Assembly: GCA_050084985.1 (NCBI GenBank)
Contig: JBITNC010000002.1
Span: 4,464,001-4,528,000, forward strand
Length of the DNA: 64,000 nt
DNA from: Nageia nagi
Lineage: Eukaryota; Plantae; Pinophyta
Direction of reading: 5' to 3'
Shown one piece after another: positions 39,901-52,499 of this stretch. The position numbers and the translations under genes were made by a program. Under the pieces are notes generated by a model. That model did not search any database. It had not been told where the DNA came from and was given only the letters and a program-made list of their open reading frames with translations. Every line of letters starts with the position of its first letter. Position 1 is the first letter of the stretch.

Positions 39901-42320
39901 CATGAGTTAGTAGATTTCATATATGCTTATATAGAATCTAAATATGAGTTAGTAAATTTAAGTGTCATATTATGGATCCTAAGAGTAGATTAGAGCATTT
40001 AAGTGTCATATTATGGATCCCAAGGTACAACACATGATTAGAGGCTAGGTGCATGATTTGGAGTGATCCCAAGGCATAATTCAGATGTCTAAGAATGATT
40101 TCACCTTGAGGGACATGTGAAAACCCAACCTTGGAGGATTACTACTCATATGGATAATCCAAGGTTGAGGGGACATCATTAAGCTATTTTGACATCTTTT
40201 TTATATTTAGAGTGGTAGCACCATATTTTGGGCCTCTAGTTGGATACAAATCCAACTTGGAGAAGGAGCTAGTGGGATGTAACCCTCACTAGATCCTGGA
40301 TAAGGATGAAAATCCTTAGTTAGACTAGCTTTGTAGCTTAGATTTAATGGTTAAAGGACCTAATTATGATACATCAGTATTTGAGGAGAGGGTACCATAA
40401 ATATGGTCCAATATGCTAGACATCAACCCTCTTAGGTCTTTTTGGTTATATCTTGCTCCATTGTTCAATGCTTAGATGTTGGCATTATTTCTCCTATTTG
40501 GCTTATGTGTAGCATATTTTATGGTGTGAATGCTTAATCTTTTTCATTTTCACAATTATTTCCTAATTTTCTAATCTTTTGAAATGAAGAATAGTTTATC
40601 ATACTGGAACCTATCTTTCAATAAATGTGATCCCATAAAAATTCTATGATAAATCTCAAGTTATTTCAAAAGTAGGAGCCTCTTGGTAGATTATCAACCT
40701 TTAGAAAATTCTATGAGTCATGGAGGCATTTAGTTTAGAAGATTTTAATCCATTCTACTTGATCCTCCATAGATAATCTCCAATAAAGCTTACCTAATAG
40801 CACTTGGTTGAAATATTTATGGTTTCTTAAACCCAACCCACCTTGGCATTTGGGGAAACTTACTTTCTTCCAGGATACTAATATTATTCTTCTTTTGTTC
40901 TCAACCCTATACCATAAAAACTAAATACATATCTAATCAATTTGCTTGGCTATCAAGATTGGAATTTTGAAAATAGATGAAAAATAAACGAGCATTTCTT
41001 GGAGGATAGTCTTAACCAGTAAGCATTTTTTTCATGGAACTCAATACTACACCCTTATATCATTCCAATTTTATTTGAATCCTATCCACTAGGGGATTCC
41101 ATATATAAATTTTTGAATTAGGGGCTTCCATATATTAATTTTTGATTTTCTAAAGAGTAGTATCCCTAAATAACTGCTTGGTAGTTTACCAATGGGACAT
41201 TGGAATATGTGTGTAATAGATTTTTGTCTCTTGGAGTGGGTTTTGATAAAGAATATCTTAATTTTATCAAATTTTATTTTTCGTTGTGAGGCTTCTTCAT
41301 ATTCCTCTAGGATCTTGAGAAATTTCTTAGATTATTTTAGTCACCCTTCCAATTAGGATAGTATCATCAACAAATGGATTGTCTGTAATAGTCTCACAAA
41401 TTTGGTATCACCTTCAAGTATTTTATTCTCCTTTGGATCTTTCTTTCAAAGATATTATGCCCAAGAGCTTATACCATTATTAAGAAGAGATATGGGAAGA
41501 TAAGGTCCCCTTATCTCAAGTTCCTACTAGATTTTAAAAAACTTATGGGCTTTCCATTGATAATGACATAAAAGAAGGGGGTAGAGATGCATTCGAATAT
41601 CCATTATCTCCATACATATACAAAACCAAACTTGGCCATGATTTCATCCATGAAATCCTAATTAGCCTAATCATAAGTCTCCATCATATACGATTTGAGA
41701 AGAAAGATATTATTGTCCCTAACATCCGTTGAATGAATCACTTTATGTAACTTGATGATGTCATTAATGATTTTTCTACCTTTGATAAATCCCCCTTATT
41801 CTTTTGATATAATGTGGGTGTAATATTTTTACTCTATTAGCCATTATTTTAGTCAATTTTTTGTATATCTCATTGCATAAGCTAATCAACCTGAATAATT
41901 TGAATTCTTTATCTCTATGAGTTTTGGGGATTAATACTAGGAAGGTAGTGTTAAATATTTAAGGATACTTTTGGTTTCCTAGAATTAAATTAGAGCTTGT
42001 AAATATATTCACCAATAATTCCTTAGAAGGGGATCATGAGTCTTCTATTATGTTCCTCATTGACTAGCTTGGGTGTACACTATAGGATTTATTCTCTATT
42101 CTTGTTGTTTGGTTCAATTTCTATGGATAATAAGTTCTAAAATAAATTGACATCAAATTCCTTAATATCCATGATGTCCTAGGTAATTTCTCCATTCTCC
42201 CTTTTTTATTTCAGAAATTTTATTATTGACTTTGTGTTTGAATGTATTTAGTCTAAATAAATAAGTGTTTTGATCACCCTCCTTAAGCCATTAACATGAT
42301 AATTTTGGTTCCAATGTACC
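34000..42320 (-). mobile_element. L1 LINE ORF2 (RT and zf-RVT), decayed, split by a Gypsy insertion at 35339-40608
   Basis: WLKEGDQNT (~42275), FRLISLCNEIYK, IKGRKI, LRQGDLIFPYLF (~41500), KI|GDGT.IFFWDDKW across the insertion, and LTIDNLKK*GMILPNVCLLC.KDEESVTHLFIKC (~34820-34920). Left end approximate. Confidence 0.85.
35339..40608 (+). mobile_element. Non-autonomous Ty3/Gypsy element (gag and protease, no RT seen), nested in the L1
   Basis: 5' LTR 35339-36129 (tgtaatgtcccc...attaca), then PBS-like tggtttcaaagc. 3' LTR homology at ~39979-40608; TSD cccta/accta. Gag FSTLHLHDIAYE*W..FDRKDEDDYFKDL and protease IDLGATQNFI. Confidence 0.8.
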
Positions 42321-42324
42321 TCCT

Positions 42325-43755
42325 TAAGCCATTCATGATGAGATGTATCATGATAAGAGGCTCCAGAGTCTAGTACCCAATAATTACTATTATTATTTAA
42401 TGATAAAATTATGGTATCCTCTAAAATTTCACCTGTAATATTTGCTTCATGATTAGTACCTTAACTCTTTTCATCCCTTTTTTCAACATTCTTCCTTTTC
42501 TAACACCACTTTTTTATGTGCCCTTTCTTAGTACAATACCATCACTCTATATTGCTCTTCCCTTTTGACTTTGATCTTCCTCTATATCTTCCTGTGCTTA
42601 GACTTCTTCCCCTCTTGTTCTATCTTCCTTTGTTCTCCACTGTTAATGTAGTTGATGAATTTGATTCACCTGAATATTTTATTCACATATCCTCACTTAG
42701 AATTACTCCAACAACATCATCAAATACCAATTTATTAGAACCAGATACAATATTACTACCATAACTAGATTATTCCAACTATTTGGTAAAGAGCATAAAA
42801 TAAGCAGAGCTCTAACCTTATCATCAAATTCAATTTCAATAGAGCATAATTAGTTTGTTACTCATTAAAATTATTAAGATGATCCTACACGAACTCACCT
42901 TCATTCATTTTCATATTGAATAACTTTTTCATCAAGAAAATTTTATTGTATGTAGAAGGTTTTTCACACAACCTAGTAAGGGCATCCATTACATCTTTTG
43001 TTGTTTTCTCCTTTGAGGTGTTGAAATCCACTTGGCTTCCCAACCATAATTGTATTATCCCTAAGGCCTTTTTTTCTAGCATCTCACATGCCTCAGCTAT
43101 CATACCAGATGGTTGCTTTGCTTTTCCACCTAAAGGAAGATATAGATCTTTTAGTAATAAATAATCTTCAATTTGCATTTTCCACAATGCAAATTTCTAC
43201 CCATTAAACTTGTCTACCTGAAACTTTGAATCCTCTTCCATTGCTCCCACTTGAAACTAATCCTTCTTGTTTCTAAGAACCCAACAAAAAAATGCTCTGA
43301 TACCAATTGTTGGGTTAACAAATTAATAATAGTAAATAATCCTGAAAAAAATTATAGAAATAATTCCAAAGCATTTAAGAAAAAAATAACACACAAATAA
43401 ATATACACAACATATATCAAGGTTCACCCAGAGTGGGCTACGTCCCTATAGAATTATCCATTCCTCTTTTTATTATCCTCCAAAGAGATCCACCTGTAGC
43501 AAAATAGTTGTAAACTTCCTCTATGGAATACAATAGAACCACACACACAAGTCTCTCATCAATTCTTATAACCCAAAATTTGCTAATCTCAAAATGCATG
43601 AAATAATAAATCCTAATCAAGATCCACTATTTGTGCCCTTATTTAGTTCTAACTGCAGTCTCTTACAATCTAAATAAACCATCATCCATCTAATCTTTAG
43701 TTCCCAAATTAGACAAATTAGATCTAATAGTTAACTCAGGCTCCAAAACTTATCA
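42325..43755 (-). mobile_element. Truncated Tnt1-like Ty1/Copia (5' LTR, PBS, gag, protease start)
   Basis: PBS gctctgatacca 43294-43305 next to an LTR starting TG at 43308. Gag KFNG*KFALWKMQIEDYL..KALGIIQLWL..NKIFLMKKLFNMKM and WVLDSGASYH at ~42350-42380. Outer LTR end uncertain. Confidence 0.85.
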
Positions 43756-43899
43756 AGTGGTAGCAGAGCGAAAGTATATTATTGAAGGTTTAAAGTTTTA
43801 GAATTTATAGGGTTAAAGAAAGGGATCAAGGAGCATAAACCTAGGTAATGGGAAAAAGGATGGTAATGCAAGCTTAGTTTAAGATCTATCAATCATAGC

Positions 43900-45060
43900 A
43901 AGCCGAAGTAAGGTCGAGAGGGTAGGAGAGTGTAACAAAATTTGAGTGATTAGTTTGTAGGTCGTAAGGAAAGATAATGGAAAAAATCATGAAGGTGGTA
44001 GAAGGCTCACACCATCAAATTATTGGATTATCCATTCATTATCCTAAAATTATAATAATAGAGGATTTACAAATTCTTAATTATAAAAATTAAACCTAAT
44101 TAGATGGAATACACTTTAATTAATGGAACTTGGGCCAAGGAACCCTTGTAAGATGATGAATTTCTAAGTGGTAAAGAGAAGAAAGTTCCAAAAAAAATGC
44201 AAGAAACCATGGATAATCATATAAAGAACTTCACACAAAGTTGAATTTAATGTATCTCTCATATGAATACAATATAGAGGAGTAACAATAAGAAAATTCA
44301 AGTAATACATATGATCAAAACTATAGAAATTAATTATGAGTAAAAGGAGTACTATAAATATCACATGGATTATTTTTTAAAATAGGGAATCATGATAGAG
44401 AAAAAATAGGTGAAATAATATCTAAAATAGCATAACAAAAATTGAAATAAAATGTATAACCATCAAAGGTATGCTTATTATTATTTTTAGTTAAGTATAA
44501 TATTTATATAGATGTATTTAAATATTTTAATTTTCTCTCTTGGCTAGATATACCTACATTGAAGATTTATCAAGTATCTTCTTCCAAATAAAATCTTAGG
44601 AAATACATGGTTGAAATGGAATGCATACTAAGATTGCATAATATACCAGTGCAAGGTAAATTTTATTTGACAAACATCCAACTAAATCGTAATTCATCAA
44701 ATTGGATAATTTATGAGTTGAAACATAAAGATAAGAAACATAATTCATTAAAATTGAATAAAAAAAAATAGAATAAAGGATACAATTGAGGTTCATGCAA
44801 ATAAGTAGAAGGATTTAGTGAAATAATACTTCAATAAATTCATGAGCACCTTAACTTTACTAGGAATGTACCTTTAGTAGTTGAATTTACAAGATTTAGA
44901 AGTAGGATGAAGGAGGAGATTAAGAGAGGATTTAGATTGCATGATCCTTATTCAATCAAGGAGGTTAAAATATTGGATAAAATAATCAAGGGTAAGATCA
45001 ATATATCATAATAATGAAAAATAAATTCAACATAGGGCACAATAGTGACAACAATGCCTT
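43900..45060 (+). mobile_element. Possible very decayed LINE endonuclease/linker fragment
   Basis: Weak residual motifs (EEVKILD/YW..KSR-like and DNN near 44960-45060); A-rich coding-strand bias. Confidence 0.3.
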
Positions 45061-48000
45061 CATCAATAGGCCTAAGATATATAGATGTAACCCAAAATTA
45101 GCCTACAACTCACACATGTCAAGAACCAATGATGGATTTAGACTAAAATGATTCTTAACTATAGGTGCATAGAAGGGAGAGTTGCATAACATCATCAATT
45201 TTATTATTAGATATTCCCTAATCATGATATAAATGCCTTCATCAAGCCCTAATAATGATCTTGGAATCATTAAATACTTCCTTGGACTCATTATAAACTT
45301 CCTTACTCTCAACCTCTCCTTAGTTGTAACATCCTCAACTCTCATGATCTTATCAAATTTCTAGTGATCTCTTCTTTCTCTTAATCTCTCACAATTTGTT
45401 GGTGCATCCTTTGCCTCTTCTCAAACCCAATATATTTGATATTATTAAGTGTGACATTTTAGAACTTAAATATTTATAATATACTTAAAGGTATCAAGGA
45501 TATGGGATTCGAGAACTAAAAGAGATTCAACTATTATTTTATAAATTTTTCAATAGCTTGTGTTGTAATATTATTAATTAACATCTATTAAACAATAATT
45601 TCTTTATTTTACTTTATTTATGATGTACCTTGATGGAGTATTATATATAATATTTGACCTTTAATGTATTATATTCTAACCTTCATTAGGATGAATATTG
45701 TGCATTCGACTTAGTCAAAAAAGAGTTATTACAAGAGGAACAAGGATAAGTAGAATTTTTTAAGTTTTTCATGATATTTTTTTTTCTATATATGGGATAG
45801 TTTTCATTTTTGTAATATGATGGTTTCAAGAATGAGGAAAGGATATGTTTACATATTTTATTACTAATTTTTGTCTCTTGAATGTGCTTTTTTATGGACA
45901 ACATTATTGGGTTCATGTTGTGTATTTATTCAAATATGCAAGTTGGTTGGTATTGTATTTATGATGTGCATCATGGATAGTTGTTTGATATTCCTAAAAT
46001 CAAATTTAGTTACACTTGTGTATGTTCATGATACAAGTTTGTTAGGTATCAACTGAAACTTTTGGAAGTTGCATAGATTTTAGAGATCTTAATAAGGCTT
46101 GTGCTAAAGATAAATTTCCTTTGACTCATATTGGTATGATTGTGGATTCTACTATTGGTAATGAAATTATCTTTTATGGATGTATTTTTAGGTTACAATC
46201 ATATCAAATTCAATAATGAAGATCAGCCTAAGACAACTTTACAACTCCTTGGGGTACATTTTGGTAGGTGATCTTGCCTTGTTGTCTCAAAAATATGGGA
46301 GCAACATATCAAAGAGTTATGGTAACTATGTTTCATTATTTAATTTATAAATCTATTGAAGTTCATGTTGATGATATTTTGCATAAATCTCATAAAAGAG
46401 ACAATCATTTAGAGGATATAAGAGTAATTTTTAAAAGAATGGGAAAATATAATCTTAAGCTCAATCCAAAGAAATATATTTTTGGATTTTCAAGTGTCAA
46501 ATTATTAGGCTATATTGTTTCAATAAGAGACATTGAAACGGATCATAAAAAGTTAAAGTTATTATGGATATGCCTCCTTAAAATAATATCAAACAACTTA
46601 GGATTTTGCAAGGAAATTTGTAGTCAATCAAGAGGTTTATTTCTCAATTGGTAGATAGGAAAACTCCTTTTTCTCATTTGCTCAAGAAGAGTATCAAGTT
46701 TACTTATAAGGAGGATTTTCAAAAGGCTTTGAAGATATTAAAAATGTATTTGCTTAATCCTCCTATGTTAACTCTTATTTATCATTCCAAGCCTTTTATA
46801 TTTGTATGTTTTAGCCACAAATCATGCCTTGGGGGTAGTTTTGGTTCAGAAAAATGAGGAAGCTAAAGAAAGGGTTGTGATTTATTTTTCTAAAACTTTG
46901 CAAGAGTATGATACAAGATATACTCTTATAGAAAAGTTATGTTATGCTATAATCCATGCAACTAAAAAAATTAAGGCTTTATATTATAATTAACATAACT
47001 TTTATAGTTGCTCAAGTTAATCCATTGAGGTATTTTCTCTCTAAGCCTTAATTTCATGGAAGACCAAAAAAATGGATTACAAAAATTGCAAGAATTTGAT
47101 CTTATTTACATGCATCAAAAAGTAATAAAGGTTCAATTCATTGCTGATATGTTAGTTGATGTACCTGGTGAAGATTCCACTCCATGTAAAGAATAGTTTC
47201 AAGATGAAATAATCGCTTGGGAAGAAGAAGTAGATAAATGGATGATTTATTTTGATGGTTCCAAGTGTATCAAATGAGTTGGAGTAAGTATTGTATCGAT
47301 GTACAAGGAAAATTTTAAGACCCCTCATCCAAAATGGACCTATGAATTCTAGGATAATGTAGATGAAACCTATTTCGAATTGAAAGTGAATTTCCAAAAA
47401 TAATGTAAATTGTTAGGCAAATTTTGAACAATTTTGAAAAATAGATGTAAAAAGTTGGAAAAAGTTTTTAGTTTTAAAAATCATAGTAAATTTTTGAAAT
47501 CATAAATCATTTATTATATATATACATTGAATGACTAAAATTTTTATACAAAGTAGTCTTTCCACCATGGATGATGTCTCTTGGTAGCGCTCAAACTTTT
47601 TGAGATTTAGGTGCAAGGGAAAAGTGGAAATCTAATAACTTTATCAAATATAAAGCTTAGTAGACTCCAATATTACAAATATGATTGAAAACTACAACAT
47701 CTCCTTCACTCAAAAAATATGATCTTCAATCTCCAGCTTGAATGGAATTAGAATTCCTTATAACTACAATGAATTTTTATTGTAGTTGTTTCCACCATGG
47801 AAGATGTCTCCTCTAGGTTGTTGTAATCATGGGGCATAGGGGAATACATCCTTCACACCTATACAAAAGTCAAGAACGAACCAACATTAGGAAATATTCG
47901 AGAATAGAGTTTCAAAATAAAATTTTATCATATTATCCTACAAATTAATTAAGTAAAAAGAATTATATACATAATATTTAATATGATGAAAAAGATTGAC

Positions 48001-48414
48001 TTAAAATGAAACCATAAAATTATTACCAACTTGTTGCCAACCATATCTAATTGAAATTATAAGAAACCTCCATACATTTTTTCTATGAATAATTTCTTCC
48101 TATTCTGGATAGTGTTTCAAAATAATCTTTATCATTATTTGAAACTCTATCCTTAACCAAGTTGAAAATATTCATCTACTATTCTTAGGGATCATTCTTC
48201 ACTAAGCACTACCTAAAAATGAATGAGAGATTGTGTTAAAATGAATTACAAGTCTATGTTTTATAGAAGGGTTTCAATCAGGACTTATCATTCAAACTGA
48301 CAAAAATACCATAATCTAACATATGATAAGACATTTCATGCATGGAAGAGACATATCACATGTGAAAGAGATATATCACACATGCAAATATACAAAGTAT
48401 AGTTATAATGAATT

Positions 48415-48720
48415 TGAATTAGTTGTAACTGGTCCAAATGCATTTTGAATGCAATTTGATTGGTTGCATTCCAAATACATTTGGATTGGCTACAATTGGT
48501 CTAGATGCATTTTGATTGTACTTTGTACATTTACACATTACATTCTACATCCATATAGAATGGGTGCATTCTGAATGCATCCATACCAATTGTATCTAGA
48601 ATTGGTGCATTCTAAATGCATCTAGCCCAATTGCATTTAGAATGCATTTGGCTCGGTTGCATTTAGAATGCATCTAGACTAGCTGGAACCTGAATGCAAC
48701 CAAACTAGTTTTGCCAAGAA
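48415..48720. repeat. Degenerate TGCA-rich, partly palindromic repeat array upstream of the accessory gene
   Basis: Recurring tgcattctgaatgca, tgcatttagaatgcatctag and ccaattgca/ggttgca units. Confidence 0.8.
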
Positions 48721-48917
48721 TTAAATGCTACATATAATGCATGAATACATTGATGACATGTATCCAAATATGTAGTGTAATTAATTACCCCTCTATATAT
48801 ATGCTAGATACTATTCAATTCAACTCATATTAACAGAGAGCATTCTACAAAGAGGAAAGGAACCATAGAAAGAGGGTTAGAAACTTAATAGGAAATATAA
48901 TATTGAATAATTAGGAA

Positions 48918-51625
48918 ATGGAAAATACCTACAATGGATCTAGAGGTAGGAGAAAGGGTATTGACTTCAAGTCTCACCCAACCAATGATTTGATTCTTCT
49001 ATTGGAACAAATGGATGATTTAGGTATGTAATGGGTGCACAACTCATCTTTCCACGGGTTGATCTATATGCTTGAAATTCCTATAGAGAATACACCATTG
49101 GATAATATTGTTAAGAATTATGATGTTAACAACAATTCAATGACTATGGTATAAAAGAAGAAGAATTTTACTTTCTCCTTCAACCCTGAAGACATAGCTT
49201 GCTTAACTGGATTACCATTTTAAGGAGAAGAGCTTGTCCATTTCCATATACTCATCAACAATTAAGATAAATGCTAGCTTGAGAAGCATTATAATGTGAA
49301 TACAAATTTCTTACAAGGTATGATTTTATTTTTTGGAATACTAATTTTTTTATAGTTTAATTTCATTCAACTAATTCATTTTAAATATTCATAATTTTGT
49401 TGTTTAATCTTTAGTGATTTTTCAAAAGATGAAAATGGGCCTTCTGATGTCTTCTATAAAGGATGAATTTATCAAGACTTACATGGATTTTTTTATTTAT
49501 ATATTGGTTCTTTAGGGAAAAATAGTTGATATGCCTTTTTGGGTTGTATCTTATCTTATACGTTCCTTTAATGGGACTCGATTTGATTGGTCATCCTATA
49601 TTTCATCTAAGATAAAGAATGAGTTGATTAGAGTAAAAATAGGTTTGAAAAAGGTACATATGACTAATTTCATTCTTTCCTTGTACTATGAGGTATTATT
49701 TCATTTGAATCAAACACCAGCACGTACATCACACCATCAAATGATTATGAAGATAAGTCTATCTCCTATATAGCTACAGGTTTGTTGCATCCAATTTTAG
49801 TATAAAATTTATAAACCTTAATGTTTTATATATTTTAATACTATTAATTAAATGCATTTTATTTAAAAAAAAATTTGATCTTGTGAAGGATAGAAGGGAA
49901 GTTGATGTGAGAGGAAAATGGCCAAAGAAAGTTCAAGGAGAATCTGACACAACATCTTAAGCTCCTAGTTCTCGAATTGAATCTCAGAAGCATCATACAA
50001 CTAGTAGATAGATGCATGTCATTGATTCTAAGATAGATGAAGAGGATGCTGAAGAGAAATATTTCATTCCTCCTCAAAAATAGCCATAATATATGCCTAC
50101 ATAGGAGAAGGAAGGTAAAAATTAAAATTGTATTTAGTTGAACCAAAATTATCTTAGATAATGATTAAAATTCCTTGATACAAATTCGATTACTAAAATA
50201 ATAGTTCATGATATACCCCCATTGGTAGTCATTCATGGACCAAATGTTCAAGACAATCCAAGTACACCATCATATCAAACACCTAGTATGAAATTTTTAT
50301 TGATTTAGTTATTTTTATTTCTCATCTTTTAAACATGTTTGGTGGATTTAAATAAACTATAACTTTTTTTGTAGTAATCCATATACAGAAAATACCATAG
50401 TGGAAGGGTAAATCTTTATTACCACCACCACCATAATAAAGAATGAGAGGAAGTATCCCTCCACTTGGGCAAGCACAAGGAAAAAGTCATCAAGATATTT
50501 TTACTATTGAAAGCCATGTTACTTTTCCCCATATGTGTTATGGCCTCGAGGTGCTAGATGATAGTTTATGAAATATAAAGATTGATTATTTGGATGATTC
50601 TAGTTTGGATAATATATTTGCATAATATCATGGCACACATTTTGTTACTAGTGCACCAATAGTTGAGGTGCAAGATGCAATTGGATAGGAGAAGCTTGTG
50701 TCCAAAGAGCCTGAACCCACTACAAAATTTGATAGATAAGAAACCCTCTCGACATCTCATGAAAAGATGACCAAAGAATTAAGACATTATACTTTACATT
50801 TAAAAAATTCAATTGATGTGGGAGAGGCTATCTTGAAAAATATCAATCAATTTCTCATTCTAGATTTGAAAAAATTAAGTGTTTGGGAGAAATGAAAATT
50901 AACATTGATCTAAGAGATAAATGCCCGATGTCACAATCATGATCATAGGGACAATTTGTATAAGGTTGTTGTACAAAACTCAATTATCATTGATTCTTTG
51001 ATGAAAGATGCAAAGGAAGGGATTTTTAAGGTTCAAAAGAGAACATCTAATGATGTTCTGAAGATGGCTTTGGATAGGCTAGAAAACATCAATACTAAAG
51101 CCCAAGTTTATCTTGACAAATGGACATATCACCAAAAATTATTGAATACATCAAATGCAAAAAAATAGAGATATGATGTAAGTTTTAACATTTAAAATTA
51201 AAATTATATTTTCATGGTATTTTTCATAATTTTTTGAAATTATACTAATAGTTTCAATTTTGAATGCAAATAAGATATGAAAACTTAAAGAACATAGCGA
51301 AAGTGATGCAATAATATTTCAAAAATGCAAAGGCCTTCCTACTTGAATTGGTGGAGCAAAGAAAAAATGTTGATCAAATTCAATAGGAAAATTGAATTTT
51401 AAAATTGATCATCCAAGAACACAACATGGATTACAAGATTCTACTGAAGAAGAAAGCTAAGTACTTCATCTATGTAATTCAATACTATTGATCCAACAAA
51501 GGAAAAGAATAATCTTCTTTCAAAAATAGATTTAGTTGTTATTGATCTATAAAAGGGAAATTATTTGAGAGAGAAACTCAAGAGTATGTAGAAGCATTAG
51601 TCTTCGTTCAACAACCATTGGCTTG
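48918..51625 (+). pseudogene. Spliced accessory gene of the transposon: plant-mobile-domain (PMD)/DUF1985-like N-terminus and coiled-coil-like C-terminus
   Basis: TATA-like tatatata at ~48794 and ATG at 48918. FHGLIYMLEIP..LDNIVKNYD....FSFNPEDIACLTGLPF*GE (motif at ~49188-49229) and RFDWSSYISSKIKNEL. GT donors at 49318, 49780, ~50116 and ~51178, with AT-rich introns. Several stops. Confidence 0.6.
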
Positions 51626-51971
51626 AAGTGGGAGATCTTTTTAGTTTTAATTAAATATTATCAATTTGGAAATGTGGGAGGCTTACCATTTTATATGAAA
51701 GAATTTTATATAAATTATTATATCATTTTGGATTATGTATTTAAATATTAGATTATGGTAATTGGTAAATGGTTTTGATGTTATTATCCTTTTAAAATCA
51801 TGGTTTTACAATCTAATTAGAATATTGAAAACCTATTTACTTGATTGCAAATTTGTAATAGTTTTCTTTGGTATTAGTTTTCTTTAGTAGCTAATAAATT
51901 TGATTTTAAATTTGTAATTTTCTTAACTTATTGTATGATGTTTGATGATATATTTTTTCTAACAAGAAAAA

Positions 51972-52230
51972 AGAGTTGTAGCCAGTTTGAATGCAAGATA
52001 TTGCAACTGGTTCAAATGCATATAAATGCATCGGACCTAGCTGTAATTACTTGCACCTAACCTAGATGTAATTAAATGTAATTGGGATAGTTGCAACAAC
52101 ATGTCATCGAGTCGGTTACATTTTCATGTAGCTGGATTGGTTGCATGTTGTCAAAATTGGTCTGGTTACAACTACATGCATCTGAACTAGCTACATCAAC
52201 TTGCAATCAACCCAGCTACAACTACATGCT
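51972..52230. repeat. Second TGCA-rich array, between the 3' ends of the two transposon genes
   Basis: ttgcaactggttcaaatgcatataaatgcatcggacctagctgta, ggttgcatg, ccagctacaactacatgc; same motif family as 48415-48720. Confidence 0.7.
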
Positions 52231-52499
52231 AATCATATCACATACAATTTACAAATGCTCACTTACAAAAAATAAAAGTAAAATAAAAATATCATATACA
52301 GTTTACTACATGCTAATCATATAATATATATTTTGGAACTTAAAGTAAAAAAAAAAATCATTTATATAATCAAATAATAGTTCAAATTACACATTACACA
52401 TAGAAAATTTGAGATTCAAAAATGTTAATTAATATCACAAAACCTTTCAACTATTATGAAATTAAAACACATTATATAAATAATGGATTTAATTAACAA

